DNA of 64,000 nt from contig CM052817.1 of NCBI GenBank assembly GCA_028534125.1, forward strand, positions 6,326,001 to 6,390,000, in the 5' to 3' direction. This DNA comes from Lama glama (Eukaryota). Under the pieces are notes generated by a model that made no database searches, had not been told where the DNA came from, and was given only the letters and a program-made list of their open reading frames with translations. A program made the translations under genes and the position numbers. Below are positions 22,976 to 36,146 of this stretch, piece by piece. Positions within the stretch are counted from its first letter, which is position 1. Each line of letters begins with the position of its first letter.

Positions 22976-25649
22976 ATGTATAATTATTATATATGCAATG
23001 TTATATATTATATATGCTGTTGTATTATTGCATCATTATACTTAATGTTATATAAACAAGAGGAAGTCAAAGTGTAATTCCCTGCTGAGACTGCAATGGT
23101 GAAAGTCATCAAGGTGAGAACAGGTGTCCTAGGCTTGTGCTTTGCAGGTAACTCCCTGCCATGACCTGAATTAACAAGAGCAAAACAAAACCAAAAAATT
23201 GGCTGTCCTACACTCCACCACAAACCGTCTTTTGTTCCTGGTCTCTCCCCTGAGTCCTTAGTACTGAGAATCCCTGCTGGGAGTGGAAGGTTCTAATAAA
23301 AAGGCAGTGGAGTTAAAGCAAGACATCATCCCCGCCTGGCCGCAAACCTGGGTGAGATTTGGGAACAGCTGGAACGATTTGTAAGTTTGCTTGCATGGCG
23401 AGAAAAGTGTCCTGCAGAAGTCTGGGAAGGGCGCACCATCTGTTTAAGGTTAAACTTCAACTAGCATTTGTCTTGTAAGCAATTCTTGCACATTTTGTTT
23501 TCCTCCCCATACAAGGTTCAGTACTAAATATGAGATATTCTGTGATAAGAAGCAATGGCTCAGAGAAGCAGTGTTTTCCTAGGTCAGTGTCTGCAGCCAT
23601 ATACCCGTGGCCCCAAATGAAAGAGGAGCCCTAGCAGCTGATTCCAGGCCTTAGTTCTGGACCATCCATGGCTCCAGCCCTAAACACAGCTATCTACCTC
23701 TCACCCATGACCTTTCCAAATATTAGTTTTTCAGCTACTTTCCCATTTTCAGTGTACTTTATTTTTCAGACTGAGCACTAATTACCATTTCCCTTGGTCC
23801 AGCTTGATTCTGATTTATCAGAATTCTTGTCCCAAATCCCTCAGTCTTCAAGTAAAACTTCTCCCAGGTAGATTTGAAACCTAAATCCTATTACCCAAAA
23901 CCCTGACATGTAGATGGGGTCTCATTGGCTTTCTCTGGACCTGGGTCAGGAATCAATTACTTGCTAATTGTTAACATGAGTATTAAACCCCACGCCTTCT
24001 GATGTCCTTAGTCAGAACAGAAAATTTTCCTGGGAAATAGCTTCAATTAAAAAAAAAAAAAGCTTAATTCTTCCTGATCCAATGTGTTTCCCAAGAGTAG
24101 CTTGTGGACTTGATTCACATGTCATAGGAATGTTGGAACTGGATGATTTCTTTGGTTTATACCAGAGAATAGATTTTGAGTTGTTATCCTGAAAGAGGAA
24201 AGACAAACAAAAGTTAGATTCTGGGGAGGGCACAGATTAGGCACCAGAGAAGAGAAAAACTTGTCATTCAAAAGCAGTGTTGGACACAAGTCAATGTGCT
24301 TAGGATGTTAAAACCCAAGTCCGAGGGAGGAAATTCCAGGGTCACCAGTGAGTGGATTAAAAATGGAACAACAAGGAGAGACTGGAGAGTATCTGAGCAG
24401 TAATGGCTGCTGGGAGCCTCACCTGACCACAGTATTCTCCTGGGTTAAGATCTGCCGATCTGGGTGTCACTATTGCTTCAAGGTCACCACTATCAGAGAA
24501 TAATATCTGATTCCTTTCAGTATTTATAGTCTCTGTTATGTGGCTTGAGGGGACAAGCAAAAGGGAAGGGAGCTATAGCTTTCCATATACTAGGTACATT
24601 TCCAAGTGAATTTCATTTAATTCCCCTTACAATCTTTCCAGATTGTTATTTTTTATTTACATCCATGTATAATGCATGTGTACATATATTATATATTTTT
24701 GTTAAGAAATAGACATAAATTCATGTATTAAGTGACTGGGGTTTTGAGCTCAAAGTCAGTCTGACTCTTAACATCGTAAGCTCTTCCCTCTTTAACATCC
24801 CGCTGCCCACTCTGGAAATCAGGAGGTGGGAACTGGCAATAGGAAATGATGCTCAGTTACCATCGGATGGGCTGTGAGGGATCCGTGAGGACCCTTGTAC
24901 ATCGCAGTGGAAGTGCAAACCGCTCACATGACACTGATGACATGATTCAGGAAAAGCTGGCAAAGTGTCTGCCACCACAAGGCTTCCCAAAAATGTGCCC
25001 AGGCTTGGCCATAATTACTGAATCCCAGGAAGATTACTTGGGCTGTCAGCTCACAGAACTGTCTTCTGCAAGTGTCCTGATATCTTAGTTTCAATTTGTG
25101 TGGAAGGCAGAGTAGACTACTTTCTCTCAAAGGGTCTTTAAGTAAATGAATGCTTATTACCCTGCGATGACATGCATTTTGCTCATAATAAATGAATACT
25201 GAGATGCTGAGCAGTGTTCTGCTGCCAGGATGTTTCAAGGTTCCCAACGCCAGCATCCCAGCCCATCGTGATTGCTGCTGCTTCAGTCATGTTTTTCCCT
25301 GCTCTGATGCTCCCAATAATGTGTCATGGACCTCACTGCTCTCCTCTCCACTTCCCGTCTGTTACTACTCCTCCCTGTGCTCTTTCCAACCTGAGTCTCC
25401 AGCTACACAAAGATTTTATCCAACTAGTCTCTCCATCGGCCTTTCAGATCTGTGTCACTCTTGCCCCCATACCTCTGCATGTGTTGTTGCTGCCTCTCCA
25501 CTTATCCAAATCCAATATGCTCCTTTGAAGGAGCATGACCCCTCCTTCCTTTCCGCTCTTCTGTTTAGAACCTGTGACCTTAAAATTTATCTTAAGCCAT
25601 ATAGAGATAGATGTGATACAGATGTAGATATAGATTCTAGATCTACATA

Positions 25650-25994
25650 TAGGAAGTCAGCTGTCATGTCATAAGGGAACTCTGCCAGCCTTAAAGAGAC
25701 ATCCCAGTGGCAAGGAAAGGGGACCTCTGCTAAGTGCCAACACAGACCTGCCAGCCACGAAGGGCAGCTGCCACCTCAGAACCAGATCCTCCAACCCCAG
25801 TCAACAGTTTGGATGACTTTAGCCCCAGCTGACACCCCACTGAATCCTTATGGAAAATTCTGAGCCAGAACCACCCAGCTAAGTGTCCCCAAGTTCCTGA
25901 CTCGCAGAAACTGTATGACATAATAAGTGTTCATTGTGTTTTCAAACTGCTAACTGTCATGGCGATGTATACACAGCCATAGATGACAGATACA
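25650..25994 (+). mobile_element. MLT1F-like MaLR LTR (3' part)
   Basis: GATCCTCCAACCCCAGTCAA...GATGACTTTAGCCCCAGCTGACA...CTGAGCCAGAACCACCCAGCTAAG...CACAGCCATAGATGACAGATACA. Confidence 0.8.
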
Positions 25995-28332
25995 ACAGTC
26001 TAGCATTAATTAGGGATAATGTGTGGTAAACACCTTGCCGACTGCTCCACCCACTTCACTGTATTCATCCTCACTCCACTTCAGTAAAGAATTTCCACAT
26101 CTTATGTCCATTTTCCAGATGTGGATTCAGGACCTAGAGATGTTACGCCACCTGAGCACGGTCACACAGGTAGGAGGTGCTAGAGTCAGAATCCACAGTG
26201 GCCCCAGCAAAGCCAAGGTGGTGGGAAGCAGGCGCTTGCCCACCTTCCAATGCTGTAACATAGCCATACTGGGGGCTTAAAGGCCATACGACTTTTTCTT
26301 CCAAACTCTGCTTCACACTCTTATTCCTGCCTTCTAGTTCAAAGTGAGCATTTTGAAGGCAACATGCTTTCTTAGATCCCCTTTCTCTTATTTAATGTTT
26401 GCTCAGCTGAGTCTGTGACATGCCTGAGGTTGCACAGGTTAACGAGTGGCCTCGTGAGACACCTCCTCTGCGAGTGTTTCCCTCATACTTTTGAAAACGC
26501 AGAACAGGCCATGCTGCAAAGTACAAGATACTATGCAAGCTTTAAACATTTCTCCATGCTGGGGTCTCCGTGTAACCCCTCAAAAACAGCACAAATCTCC
26601 TCCTGCTCAATCTGAGCAATTTCAGACATAAAGCCACCTTAATAAAGAGGCCGAACCGAAGCTTTATGGTGGATAGAGGCTGAAGGACTTTGCTTCACGT
26701 CGGGGCAAAACAGCTTACTTCACGGAAGGCAGCATCCAGCGACGTCTTAGTTTGGGTTTCTTCTGAACTGGGGACTCTGACAAGGACTGGGGAGTAGGAA
26801 GATTATTTACAGCGTGATTGCAGGAAGCAGAAATGAGAATCGGAAAGATGGGAAGCAGGGAGGTACCTCCTCTGGCTCCTCTTCTTCCTGACAGAGTGTT
26901 GCCTCCAGGGATGTGGCTCCCTGGCCCCTCTGCTGCACAAGGTTGCTGGTTGGGTGGCTTCCTGCAGCCCTGGAGAAGTCCCTGAGGCGGAACAAGGACA
27001 GACTTGTAACATGCCCTGGAGGGAGGATTCTGCTGCCTGAATCTGAGCTCGAATCACTGCAGCTACGGCTGCAGCCAAAGAGGGGCCAAAAAGATGTGGT
27101 GGAAGACACCAAAAACTCCTGCCATGCCAGGTGTCTCCACAAAATCCACCTCCAGGAGAGGCTAGAGAAGACTTTCTGGGGGGGCAGCCAGGATCACACC
27201 AAAAAAGAAGGACTGGGCTGAGCTGAGCATGCCCCCATTTGTTCTTCCCAAATTTACCAACCTGGTAAGTCATGAGAAAGCAAAACAGGCAGAAAGAGAC
27301 ATGAAAACGTTTAGGAGAAATGTGCCTCTTCACGGAAACCACAAGGGGAACACAGTATCCCGCTTGCAGTCCTATGATTCCAGTGTCTGATGGAAGGAGC
27401 AAAGGCATAAATAAGACACATGATAAATCTACAGCTGTGACTCTTTGCCAAGCCCGCCAGACAGGAGGCCCTGAATAACACCCTTGACACCGGAGTCAAT
27501 AAAAATCCAATATGATAGAAAAGCTCTGCCCCCTTTTCCCCTCTTTATTAATTTTTTTTCTTTTTTTGCAGGGCTTTGGAAAAGGTCATTGTAGGAGATT
27601 GCATTATATTTCAAAAATCTTTAGCGTTCCCCACAGGAAACATTATCACCAATATATTTGCTTCCATTTGATGTCTTTTTAGCAGTTGATGCCAAAAAAG
27701 TCTGTTGTTTTTAAAACAGTTTCCAAGTAGCAGATCCTGAGTGATTAAGAGGAGAAAAAATAATAACAAATAAATCATGAGGAAATGTTTAGGAGTGAGA
27801 AAGGGCTGAAATCCACCGAGGTCTCTGTTTTTCACAGACTCCCGCAGGCTTGCAAAGCACCCTCAGGAGGCAGATGGCCTGGGTTTACACCCCCAGCAAC
27901 TCTGCGTGCAGGCTCTGTGACCTGTTCGCTTCTTCATAGAGTAAGATAATAGCGGTGGCTAATTTGAAGACATTGTGTGAACATTAAATGAGTGTTACAT
28001 GAAAAGAGCTCTGCATGGAGCCGGACGTGTGGCAGAGGCTCTGTAAGTGCGTGGCGCAGTTACAGCCTTGTGGGGTTCAGGGCGGCCCCACCAGGACCGT
28101 CATTGGTAGCAGCACATTCCATTCCAGGAAACAAAAGAAATGAATTCTCTGAGAACAGTTTTTTTTCCCACGGGGCTGCTCATCTTTCAACTGTGATGGG
28201 TCACTGATGAGAGATTTCTGAGCACCTTCCCCATATCATAAGCAGTGTGGAAATTTGGTGAGCCTTAGTGACACACCCCCGGGTCCTGATTTAGAAAGCA
28301 GCAAGCATCTTGATCTTTCTTTGTTGCAAGGT

Positions 28333-28709
28333 TGTCCTGTTAGGTTGCTGAGACTGATTGCAAAATACCATACACTAGGGGCTTAAAACAATAGACAGTT
28401 CTGGAGGCTGAAAGTCCAAGATCAAGGGATAAGCAGAGTGGGTTCCTTCTGAGACTCTCTCCTTGGCTTGTAGATGCTCACTTTCTCCCTGTGTTTTTTC
28501 TTGGTCTTCCTCCTGTGTGTGTCTGTGTCCAAACCTCTTCTTCTTATAAGGACACCAGTCTTAACGCGTTAGGGCCCCCCACCTAAATGACCTCATTGTA
28601 TCTTAATTACATCTTTAAAGGTTCATCTTCAAATACAGTCTCATTCTGAGGTGTTGGGGGTTAGCACCTCAACATCTGAATTATCAGGGACATGATTCAG
28701 CCCATAATA
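28333..28709 (-). mobile_element. MLT1B-like MaLR LTR
   Basis: CAGTTCTGGAGGCTGAAAGTCCAAGATCAAGG...CTTCTTATAAGGACACCAGTC...TTCAAATACAGTCTCATTCTGAGGT...GATTCAGCCCATAA. Confidence 0.85.
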
Positions 28710-28924
28710 GGTGAGATCAAGGGGAAGAGACTTTTAAAGAGAAGATTTTGGTGCAAACTGGAAATTAGATAAGGGATATTTGGAACAGGAGGGTGCTGAC
28801 TTTTCAGAGCTACTATCGCTCCAGGGAACTGACACAGGCCAGGACAGAGGACAGAGAAGTCAAGAACATTTATTGGATATAAAATGTGTGCCCAGGTCTG
28901 AGCTGGTTGTAGGTTATACCTACA

Positions 28925-29095
28925 GCTATATCTATATCTACATCATATCTGCATCTGCATCTACACCTATACCCACATGCACATCTATATCTATATCCAC
29001 ATCCACATCTACATCCACATCTACAACCACATCCACATCTACTTCTATATCCACATCTACATCCACATCCACATCTACTTCTATATCTGTATCTA
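28925..29095. repeat. Degenerate hexamer repeat (ACATCY/ATATCY)n
   Basis: Directly visible. It explains the ST-rich and RCGC-rich ORFs. Confidence 0.95.
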
Positions 29096-29531
29096 CTTTG
29101 GGCCATAAGTAATTGCATCAAACTCATGTCTTAAAACAATAAGAATTTATTTTCTCACAGTTGTGGAGGCCAGAAGTCCAAAATAAAGGAGCCATGCCCC
29201 CGTCAAAAACTCTAGGAAGATTCTTGGCTTGCCTCTTCCAGCTCCTGGTGACTCCAGATGATGTTCCTTGGCTTGTGGCTGCATCACTCCAGTCTCTGCT
29301 CTGTCTTCACATGGTCTCTTCTCTGTCTCAGGTCTCCCTCTGTCTTTCTCTTATGACAACTGTCATTGGGTATATGGCACAGCTGGATCATCCAGGATGA
29401 TCTCATCTCCAGATCCTTAATGTAATTATATGTGCAAAAATCTTTTTTCAAGGAAAGTCACATGTTCACAGGTTCTGGGGGTGAGGATCAAAACATATAT
29501 TCTGGGACAGTGTACCATTCAACCCACTCCA
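29088..29531 (-). mobile_element. MLT1C-like MaLR LTR
   Basis: TTTATTTTCTCACAGTTGTGGAGGCCAGAAGTCCAAAAT...CCTTGGCTTGTGGCTGCATCACTCCAGTCTCTGC...ATCCAGGATGATCTCATCTCCAGATCCTTAA...ATTCAACCCACT. Confidence 0.85.
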
Positions 29532-29612
29532 TATATAAGCATTCTCTCTTTCTCTCTCTCTTCGTGTGTGTGTGTGTGTTTGTGTATAGACACATATATA
29601 TATACACACACA

Positions 29613-30110
29613 CAGGCATCCCTCATTTTATTGTGTTTCACTTTATTGCACTTTGCAGACATTGTGTTGTTTACAAATTGAAGTCTTGTGGCAACCTTGT
29701 ATTTAGCAGGTCTATTGTTACCATTTCTCCAAAAGCATTTGCTCATTTTGAGTCTCTGTGTCATTTACATTTTGGTAATTCTCACAGTATTCCAAGTTTT
29801 TTCACTGTTATTACATTTGTTATGATTACCTGTGCTCAGTGATGGTTGATGTTTTTATTTTCAAGAGATTACGATGGGCTGAAGGCTCAGATGCCGGTTA
29901 ACATTTTTCAGCAATAAAGGATTTTTAAATTAAGGCATGCACATTGTTTTTTCAAAATATAATGTTATTGCACACTTAACAGAGTATCGCAGAGTGTAAA
30001 GATAACTTTCATCTGTGCTAGGGAACAAAAGTAATTAGTGCAACTTGCTTTATTGTGATATTTGCTTTATTATGGTGGTCTGGACCTGAACCTGCAATCT
30101 TCTCATATAT
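29613..30110 (+). mobile_element. Internally deleted Tigger1 derivative (Tigger1a_Art-like, TcMar-Tigger)
   Basis: The Tigger1 5' end (CAGGCATCCCTCATTTTATTGTGTTTCACTTTATTGCACTTTGCAGA) is fused near 29860 to the Tigger1 3' end (GCTGAAGGCTCAGATG...GCTTTATTATGGTGGTCTGGACCTGAACCTGCAAT). Confidence 0.9.
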
Positions 30111-30300
30111 GTACGTATATAAAGTATACATGATATGATATATATAATGTACACAATATGATATATAAAATATATAATATAGATATATAATATGAAAATT
30201 AAATACATATATATGTCTATATGTACATATACATTATAATATATAATTACATGTTAATTTATAATAATATATATATTATATATATATAATTTTATTTAAT
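30105..30300. repeat. AT-rich degenerate (TA)n low-complexity tract
   Basis: Directly visible. Confidence 0.9.
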
Positions 30301-31353
30301 CCTTATGAAAATAAATGCTGGCAGGCTGGCAGAGATACACAAAGCAGAAATGCTTCAGTAGAATGCAGTATGCATTCAGATGGATTCTACCCACTGCTGT
30401 TTCCCCTCCCTGCAGGTCCAGGTGCAGGCGTGCAGAAATGCACCCCACGGGGAGGAGAGGAGAGGCTGAGCCTTGCCTGCCCCCACTCCCTGGGAGGTGA
30501 CTCACCTCCACAGAGAGGCAGGCTTAAAATGATGCACATTTCTAATGCAAATGCTCACACAGAAACCCGAACTTATGAGTGTCATTATTTCTGCTTAAGT
30601 AAAATTCCAGTGTACATATTTTGATTAAATTTCTTTTACCAGGGAATGGCAATGTCAAAAGATCAGAGAATTACAGAACACATTTCTGAGACATGTGACA
30701 AGAACGGGTAAGGCAGAGAGACCTGGGAAGATTCTTCCCCTGAGCTTGGCGGTTGCATCTCTGGTCTGTAAAACTCGCTGTATTGCCACCTGTCCGGGAA
30801 CACTGACAACTGTGTTAATGAACGAAAAATGAATCCTGCTCATTATTTTAAGCCACTTGAACTTGAAACTATATTGCCTTTAACAAGCAACATATTTAAT
30901 GGGCTGAAGATAGCTAGAAATTCTAATTAATAACCTCTTTGCTGGGCTGTTTGCAATATTAAAATTCTAATGTGATGATTTTAGTATATAAAGACACACA
31001 ATCAAATACAAACATGAGTCTATTTTTCAGCAATGTCTTAATTTGGAAAGGCCCCTTTCCCTCTAAAAGCAATGCCTCACTTCTGCCTAAGCATGACTAC
31101 AGGAACTTCCTTTGGGATAACACACATGTGGAACCAGAACGCAGTGTTGAAAATCGCCCTTCCAGAGAGCTTACGTCCATTAGACTGGACTTATGTTAGG
31201 ATAGATCTGAGACCTGGACAGGCAAGGCAGTGTTTCATTGCACAGCTTGGCAGTGAAATGTCTAGATGTCCATGTCCTGGTTTACCTGGGGCATTCCTGA
31301 TTCATGTCTGTTGTCTTGGGGTCCCATCCTGTAAGCACTCCATTCACTAGTAT

Positions 31354-31891
31354 TTTAAGGTACAGAAAAGGCTTGACATAGCAGATCAGAGATGGCTGTC
31401 TTTAGAAAGGCCTTCTTGCAAGGTTGGCCCTGGACTGTTTTGGGGCACTTCGCTGGTATATGGGTCCCTACACTGATATACAGCTTTTCCTAACTGGTAA
31501 GTGTGACCCACTGTACTTACCCCATGGAGACAGCACAGTCTGTGCTGCTTTCTTTCTGGAAGTCTGGAATTTGGGACGTGCTAGGCAGAGGGGGCCTGTG
31601 TGGCCAGCCCCTAAGACAACCTTGAGCAAACCTCTAGCAGATTTCTCTGGACGTATGTTCTGCATTTTCACTGCTGACAGAAGAGTGTGCTTTGTCTGAC
31701 TGCTCAGGAAGAAGCGAGAGCATAGGGAAGCCGCACACGGATCCTGCAGACTCTGCCTGCCTTCATTTCTGTGACACTCTGGCTGTGTCTCTACTATGGC
31801 CTGTAATAAATCTTAGCTGTGAGCATAACCGTATGCTGAGTCCTAGTGAATTTCCAAAGATGGGTGTGGTCTTGGGGGTCCCGGGCACACA
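31354..31891 (+). mobile_element. MER77/MER21-like solo LTR
   Basis: AAGGTACAGAAAAGGCTTGACATAGCAG...TTAGAAAGGCCTTCTTGCAAGGTTGGCCC...GTGCTAGGCAGAGGG...GTAATAAATCTTAGCTGTGAGCATAAC...GGTCTTGGGGGTCCCGGGCACA. Confidence 0.8.
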
Positions 31892-33786
31892 AGGGTGTGG
31901 TGACAGGTGGTAAGTTCACTTTATTTGATACTTACTTTGCCTGAGTTGCGTAGGGACTCCAGAAGCCATCAGGGCCAGGATAGATACTTCAGTTTCAAAG
32001 CTGAGAAACAGAAGCTCAGACAGAGTCTATGTGGCTTCCCGAGACCCACCAGAACCTGTTCTGTCTTATCTGCAGGCCAGGAGAGCTTCATGCAGAGAAA
32101 ACTGGTGCACTGGGAACAAAGCCCTATTTCCAGAAATAGCTGGAGAAGTGGGGTGAACAGCTCATCTGAGAGGCTCGGCCTCCTCCCCTGGGCGGTGAGG
32201 ACCAGCCTATCCGGTACGCAGAAGTGTGGTCAGGATGGAACACGCAGGCGTGCTCAGCCTGTGGCACACACAGGTCCTCAGGGGAAGTCAGGTCTTCATC
32301 TTCTCTCTCCCAGGCCAGTGCTCACTCCACATCCTGGCATCACCTCTCTGATAGCAAAGCCTGAAGACCAGTCTTGACACGGACCACATCAACGATCTGA
32401 GCTTTTTTGCGTAATGGTGCTTTGGAGAGAAATAAAATGCTCCAGGTGAAAAAGTCAGCTTTTGTTTGATGAACTGCTGAGCCCTGATCACAGAGGCTAT
32501 TCAGATTTCAGATGTCCGTTCTAACAGCAGCAAAGACAGAACAAGTGAGGAAGAGATGAGCACGTTCCGCGGGCCAGGCTGATAGCTTGTGCTTCCAGAG
32601 CCTCCCACGTGTTTTCCATCAGAGGAGACAAGCTATAGCCATTCTGAGAAGGGAGAAATCATAGTCTCTCCCAGCTCTGTTCTCTCCTACCCACGGGCAG
32701 CTTTTGTCTTCTTGTTCCTGAAACTCTGTCATTCATGCTGCCATGGAGGGAATTGACGGAGAGCAAGAAAAGCTACACTCTAATCCATCATAGCACAGAG
32801 CTCACCCCGCGGACACACAGTGGCAGCCAAAGCTGAACAACTAACTGGACAATAGAAGTGAGGGTGTTAGGAAAGGGTACCATTTACTGTGGGTCAAAAC
32901 TGTGTGAGACACTGAATCTCCCACCCATGTAGCCTTCCTGTGGGGTAAATATTCCCATTTTACTGATGAAGAACCAGGAGACTAAAATGATGTGTCCAAG
33001 ATCACCCAGCTAGAAGAAGGAGAAATAGGACTGAAGCTTCCATATCATCTTTCCATTACTCTGTGTTTATTTTTTTTCTTCCCACCACCTCAGTAGCTTT
33101 GCTGGGGGGCAATTCCATGAGGAGACCAGTTATTGTTAGAGATCAGCTTGGGCAGAGTGAAGGGCTCCTGGTTATGGAGGGAGACAATTTCAAGTGTCTA
33201 TAGGCCAAGTCCTCTGTACTATCAGACCACAGGGTGCTGCCTGAGTTAAGGTTGGCTTAAGAAGTAGAGTCAAGATTGGGTTGATGTGGGTAGGGACTTC
33301 CAGACAGGAAAGTTGTGGGACCCAGGGAAGGGGTCAGAAGAATGGAGGCAAGGGTGTTTGGAGGAGTCCTCCACTGTTTGGAGGGCACCCTGGTGAAGGA
33401 ATTCCACTGAACTGGGAATACAACATGATCAGGTTGCAGCTTTGCACCTGCTAGAGATGGTGACTTGAACCAAATTGTCTTCCTTCTAGAATTTCTTCTC
33501 CATCTGTGTTTTTATACATTTTAGCAATTAGGTAGGATAGCATTCAAAAGTGTATTAAAAAAAAACTTCATGCAGTACAGTAAGGTTCCCTACAAATGGG
33601 GCCATTGGAGTAAAGGCGGACGACAGCTGGGACGGCAGGGCCCAGGGGAAGACATGCAGATGATACAGGCGCACTTGCTTGGGTTCTGCAGTTACTACCC
33701 TGCTCTGGATGTCCTGTCAGCCAAAGAAAGAAAAACACATGGCTGGTTACATGATTCGAGTTGTCTTTAAACTAAAAGCAGACTAA

Positions 33787-33958
33787 TTTTTTAACATTTT
33801 TTATTGATTTTAATCATTTTACAATGTTGTGTCAAATTCCAGTGTAGAGCACAATGTTTCAGTTATACATGAACATATATATATATTCATTGTCACATTT
33901 TTTTCTCTGTGAGCTACCACAAGATCTTGCATATATTTCCCTGTGCTATACAGTATTT
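33787..33958 (-). mobile_element. Young L1 3'-end stub (same family as 12171-12299)
   Basis: AACATTTTTTATTGATTTTAATCATTTTACAATGTTGTGTCAAATTCCAGTGTAGAGCAC...TTTCCCTGTGCTATACAGTA. Confidence 0.85.
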
Positions 33959-33981
33959 ATCTCCACATGATAGATGAGGAT

Positions 33982-34411
33982 TGTATTATGTTTCCAGAGC
34001 TTCTGTAAAAAAAGTACCAGAAACTGGGCAGTTTAAAACATCGGAAATTCTGGAAGCTGAAAGTGTGAAGTCAAGGTGTTGTCAGGGCCATCCTCCCTCT
34101 GAAACCTGGAGAAGAGACCCCTTGCCTCTTCCTAGCTTCTGGCAAATTTTGGCAAGCTTTGGCTTTCCTTGCTTTGTAGAAGCATCACCCTCATCCTCTT
34201 TCTGTTCATGTCTGGATCTGTGTCCAAATTTCCCTTTTTTATAGAGACACTTGTTCTAGTAGTAGATTAGGGGCCTATCCCATTCCACTATGACTTCATC
34301 TTAACTAATTACATCTACAACAGCTTTTTATCCAAATAAGGTCACATTGTAAGGTACTAGGGGTTAGAACTTCAGCATAGATGTTTAGAGTACAAAATTC
34401 CACCCATAAAA
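33982..34411 (-). mobile_element. MLT1B/C-like MaLR LTR
   Basis: TGTATTATGTTTCCAGAGCT...TCAAGGTGTTGTCAGGGCCA...TCCAAATAAGGTCACATTGTAAGGTACTAGGGGTTAGAACTTCA. Confidence 0.8.
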
Positions 34412-34424
34412 AGGATCAAGACAA

Positions 34425-34650
34425 GTTATAAGCTTTGGGATCAGACTGGCTTATCTGAATCCTGATTCCAATACTTCTTAGCTGTGTGACTTTGGGCAGA
34501 TTGCTTAACATTTCTGAACCTCAATTTCCATATCTATAAAATGACATTCTTAAGAGTATTTAACTCACAGTCTTTCTGAAGACATAGTAAGATAATGTGT
34601 ATAAAATGACTTAAAAGTTGCTAAACACATTGGATGCACTCTATTTCTAT
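34425..34650 (+). mobile_element. MIR SINE
   Basis: GCTTTGGGATCAGACTGG...TAGCTGTGTGACTTTGGGCAGATTGCTTAACATTTCTGAACCTCAATTTCCATATCTATAAAATG. Confidence 0.8.
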
Positions 34651-35279
34651 CACACAGGTCGGTAGTGATGAGGGGCCATTCCAAGTTCACACTGTCAGTA
34701 AAGAGCAAAACTGGGCCTTGAGCCTCAGGTTTCTGAGTATAAGCAAAAGATCTTTTTCTGTATATACCAGCTTAATTGATCACCTACCACATATTAAAAT
34801 AAATGTTTTTTCTAAAAGACTGATTAAAAAATCAAAGCTGGTTTCCTAAGAATGAGAGGTGAATTGAAGAAAAACAACTGAAAAATCAGTACCAAAAGCA
34901 GTTTAGCTATTGCCAAAAGGTAATTAGCTATCAGTATCCTGCAGAATAGAAACGACTGGGGCAGAAATACTTGATCTGTTTTGTTCACTAATGAATCCCC
35001 ACAGCTCAGAACAATGTCTGGCACAAAGTAGGTACTCCAGAAATATCCCTTGATCACTGAATGTGGAAAAGCTTTATGAATGGGCACATGCTTTAAGCTA
35101 GAAATCCTGATTTTAGTAATTTCCTTTAAGAAACAATTAAAGCTAAGCAGAAATTTAGTTACATGAATTTTTTTTATTGAAGATCTGTTTATAAAGCAAA
35201 AATGTTGACTGCAGCCTAAATGCATAATAATGGGGACTGGTTAAATAATAGCCCTACAGCTATGAGATGGTGCACCACT

Positions 35280-35758
35280 TGCGGAGGAGAGAATAAAGGG
35301 CTGCAAAGATGTCCATGTCCTGATCTCTAGAATCTGTGACTTTACAGATGTGATTAAGGTTAAAGACCTTAAGATGGAGAAATTACCCTGGGTTATTCGG
35401 GCGGAATAGAACAAATCAACTCACATAAATCCTTAACAAGGGAGAACTTTCCCCACAGTGATCAGAGGAAAAGAGGTTATGATAGAAGCAAGGTCAGAGG
35501 GATGCTACGTTCCTGACCTTGATGATGGAGGAAGAGTCCTTGAGCCAAGGGCTGCAGTGGACTTTGGAGCTGAAAAAGGCAAAGAAACAGAGTTTTCTCT
35601 AGAGCCTCTGGAAGGAGCTCAGCCTTGCTAACAACTTGGTTTTGTTCCAGTGAGATCCAGATTAGACATCTGACTCACAGGACTGTCAGACCGTAAATGC
35701 ATTTGGCCAAGACACCATCTGTGGTCTTTTGTTACAGCAGCAATAGGAAACCCATACA
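35280..35758 (+). mobile_element. MLT1D-like MaLR LTR
   Basis: AAAGATGTCCATGTCCTGATCTCTAGAATCTGTGA...TTTACAGATGTGATTAAGG...AAAAGGCAAAGAAACAGAGTTTTCTCTAGAGCCTC...TTTGTTACAGCAGCAATAGGAAACCCATACA. Confidence 0.85.
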
Positions 35759-36054
35759 GTGGTCAAGTGTTTCCCGGGGTAAGGGAGGACCCTCACTCTC
35801 AGATGCCTACAGCAACTGGGAAGTTGCATGTGAGTGTCAGCTAGCTCTGATATAAAACAGTAAGTTGTAAGGTACCAAGTCTACCATCTGCTGTCTAGTC
35901 CCTTAGCCCATTAAGCTATGTGGAAAAGGGAGGTAGGGGAGTTGAGCCAGCAATCTCTAACCTCTGTGGCAGCGGAAAACTTACTGGCTTGAATGAATTC
36001 TCACAATGTATTTTTACAGAAAAATAGCTACTCTTAAAATAGCAGAGACAGTAG

Positions 36055-36146
36055 GTGTGTGTATGTGTATGTGTGTGTGCATGTATGTATGTGTGTATAT
36101 ATGCATGTATGTGTGTATGTACGTGTGTGTGTGTGTGTGTGTGTGT
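36055..36146. repeat. Compound (TG)n/(TATG)n microsatellite
   Basis: Directly visible. Confidence 0.95.

Noticed and set aside
28780..29127. Ser/Thr-rich and Cys/Gly/Arg-rich ORFs resembling mucin or keratin-associated proteins
   Set aside because: Artefacts of the hexamer repeat. There is no signal peptide or gene context.
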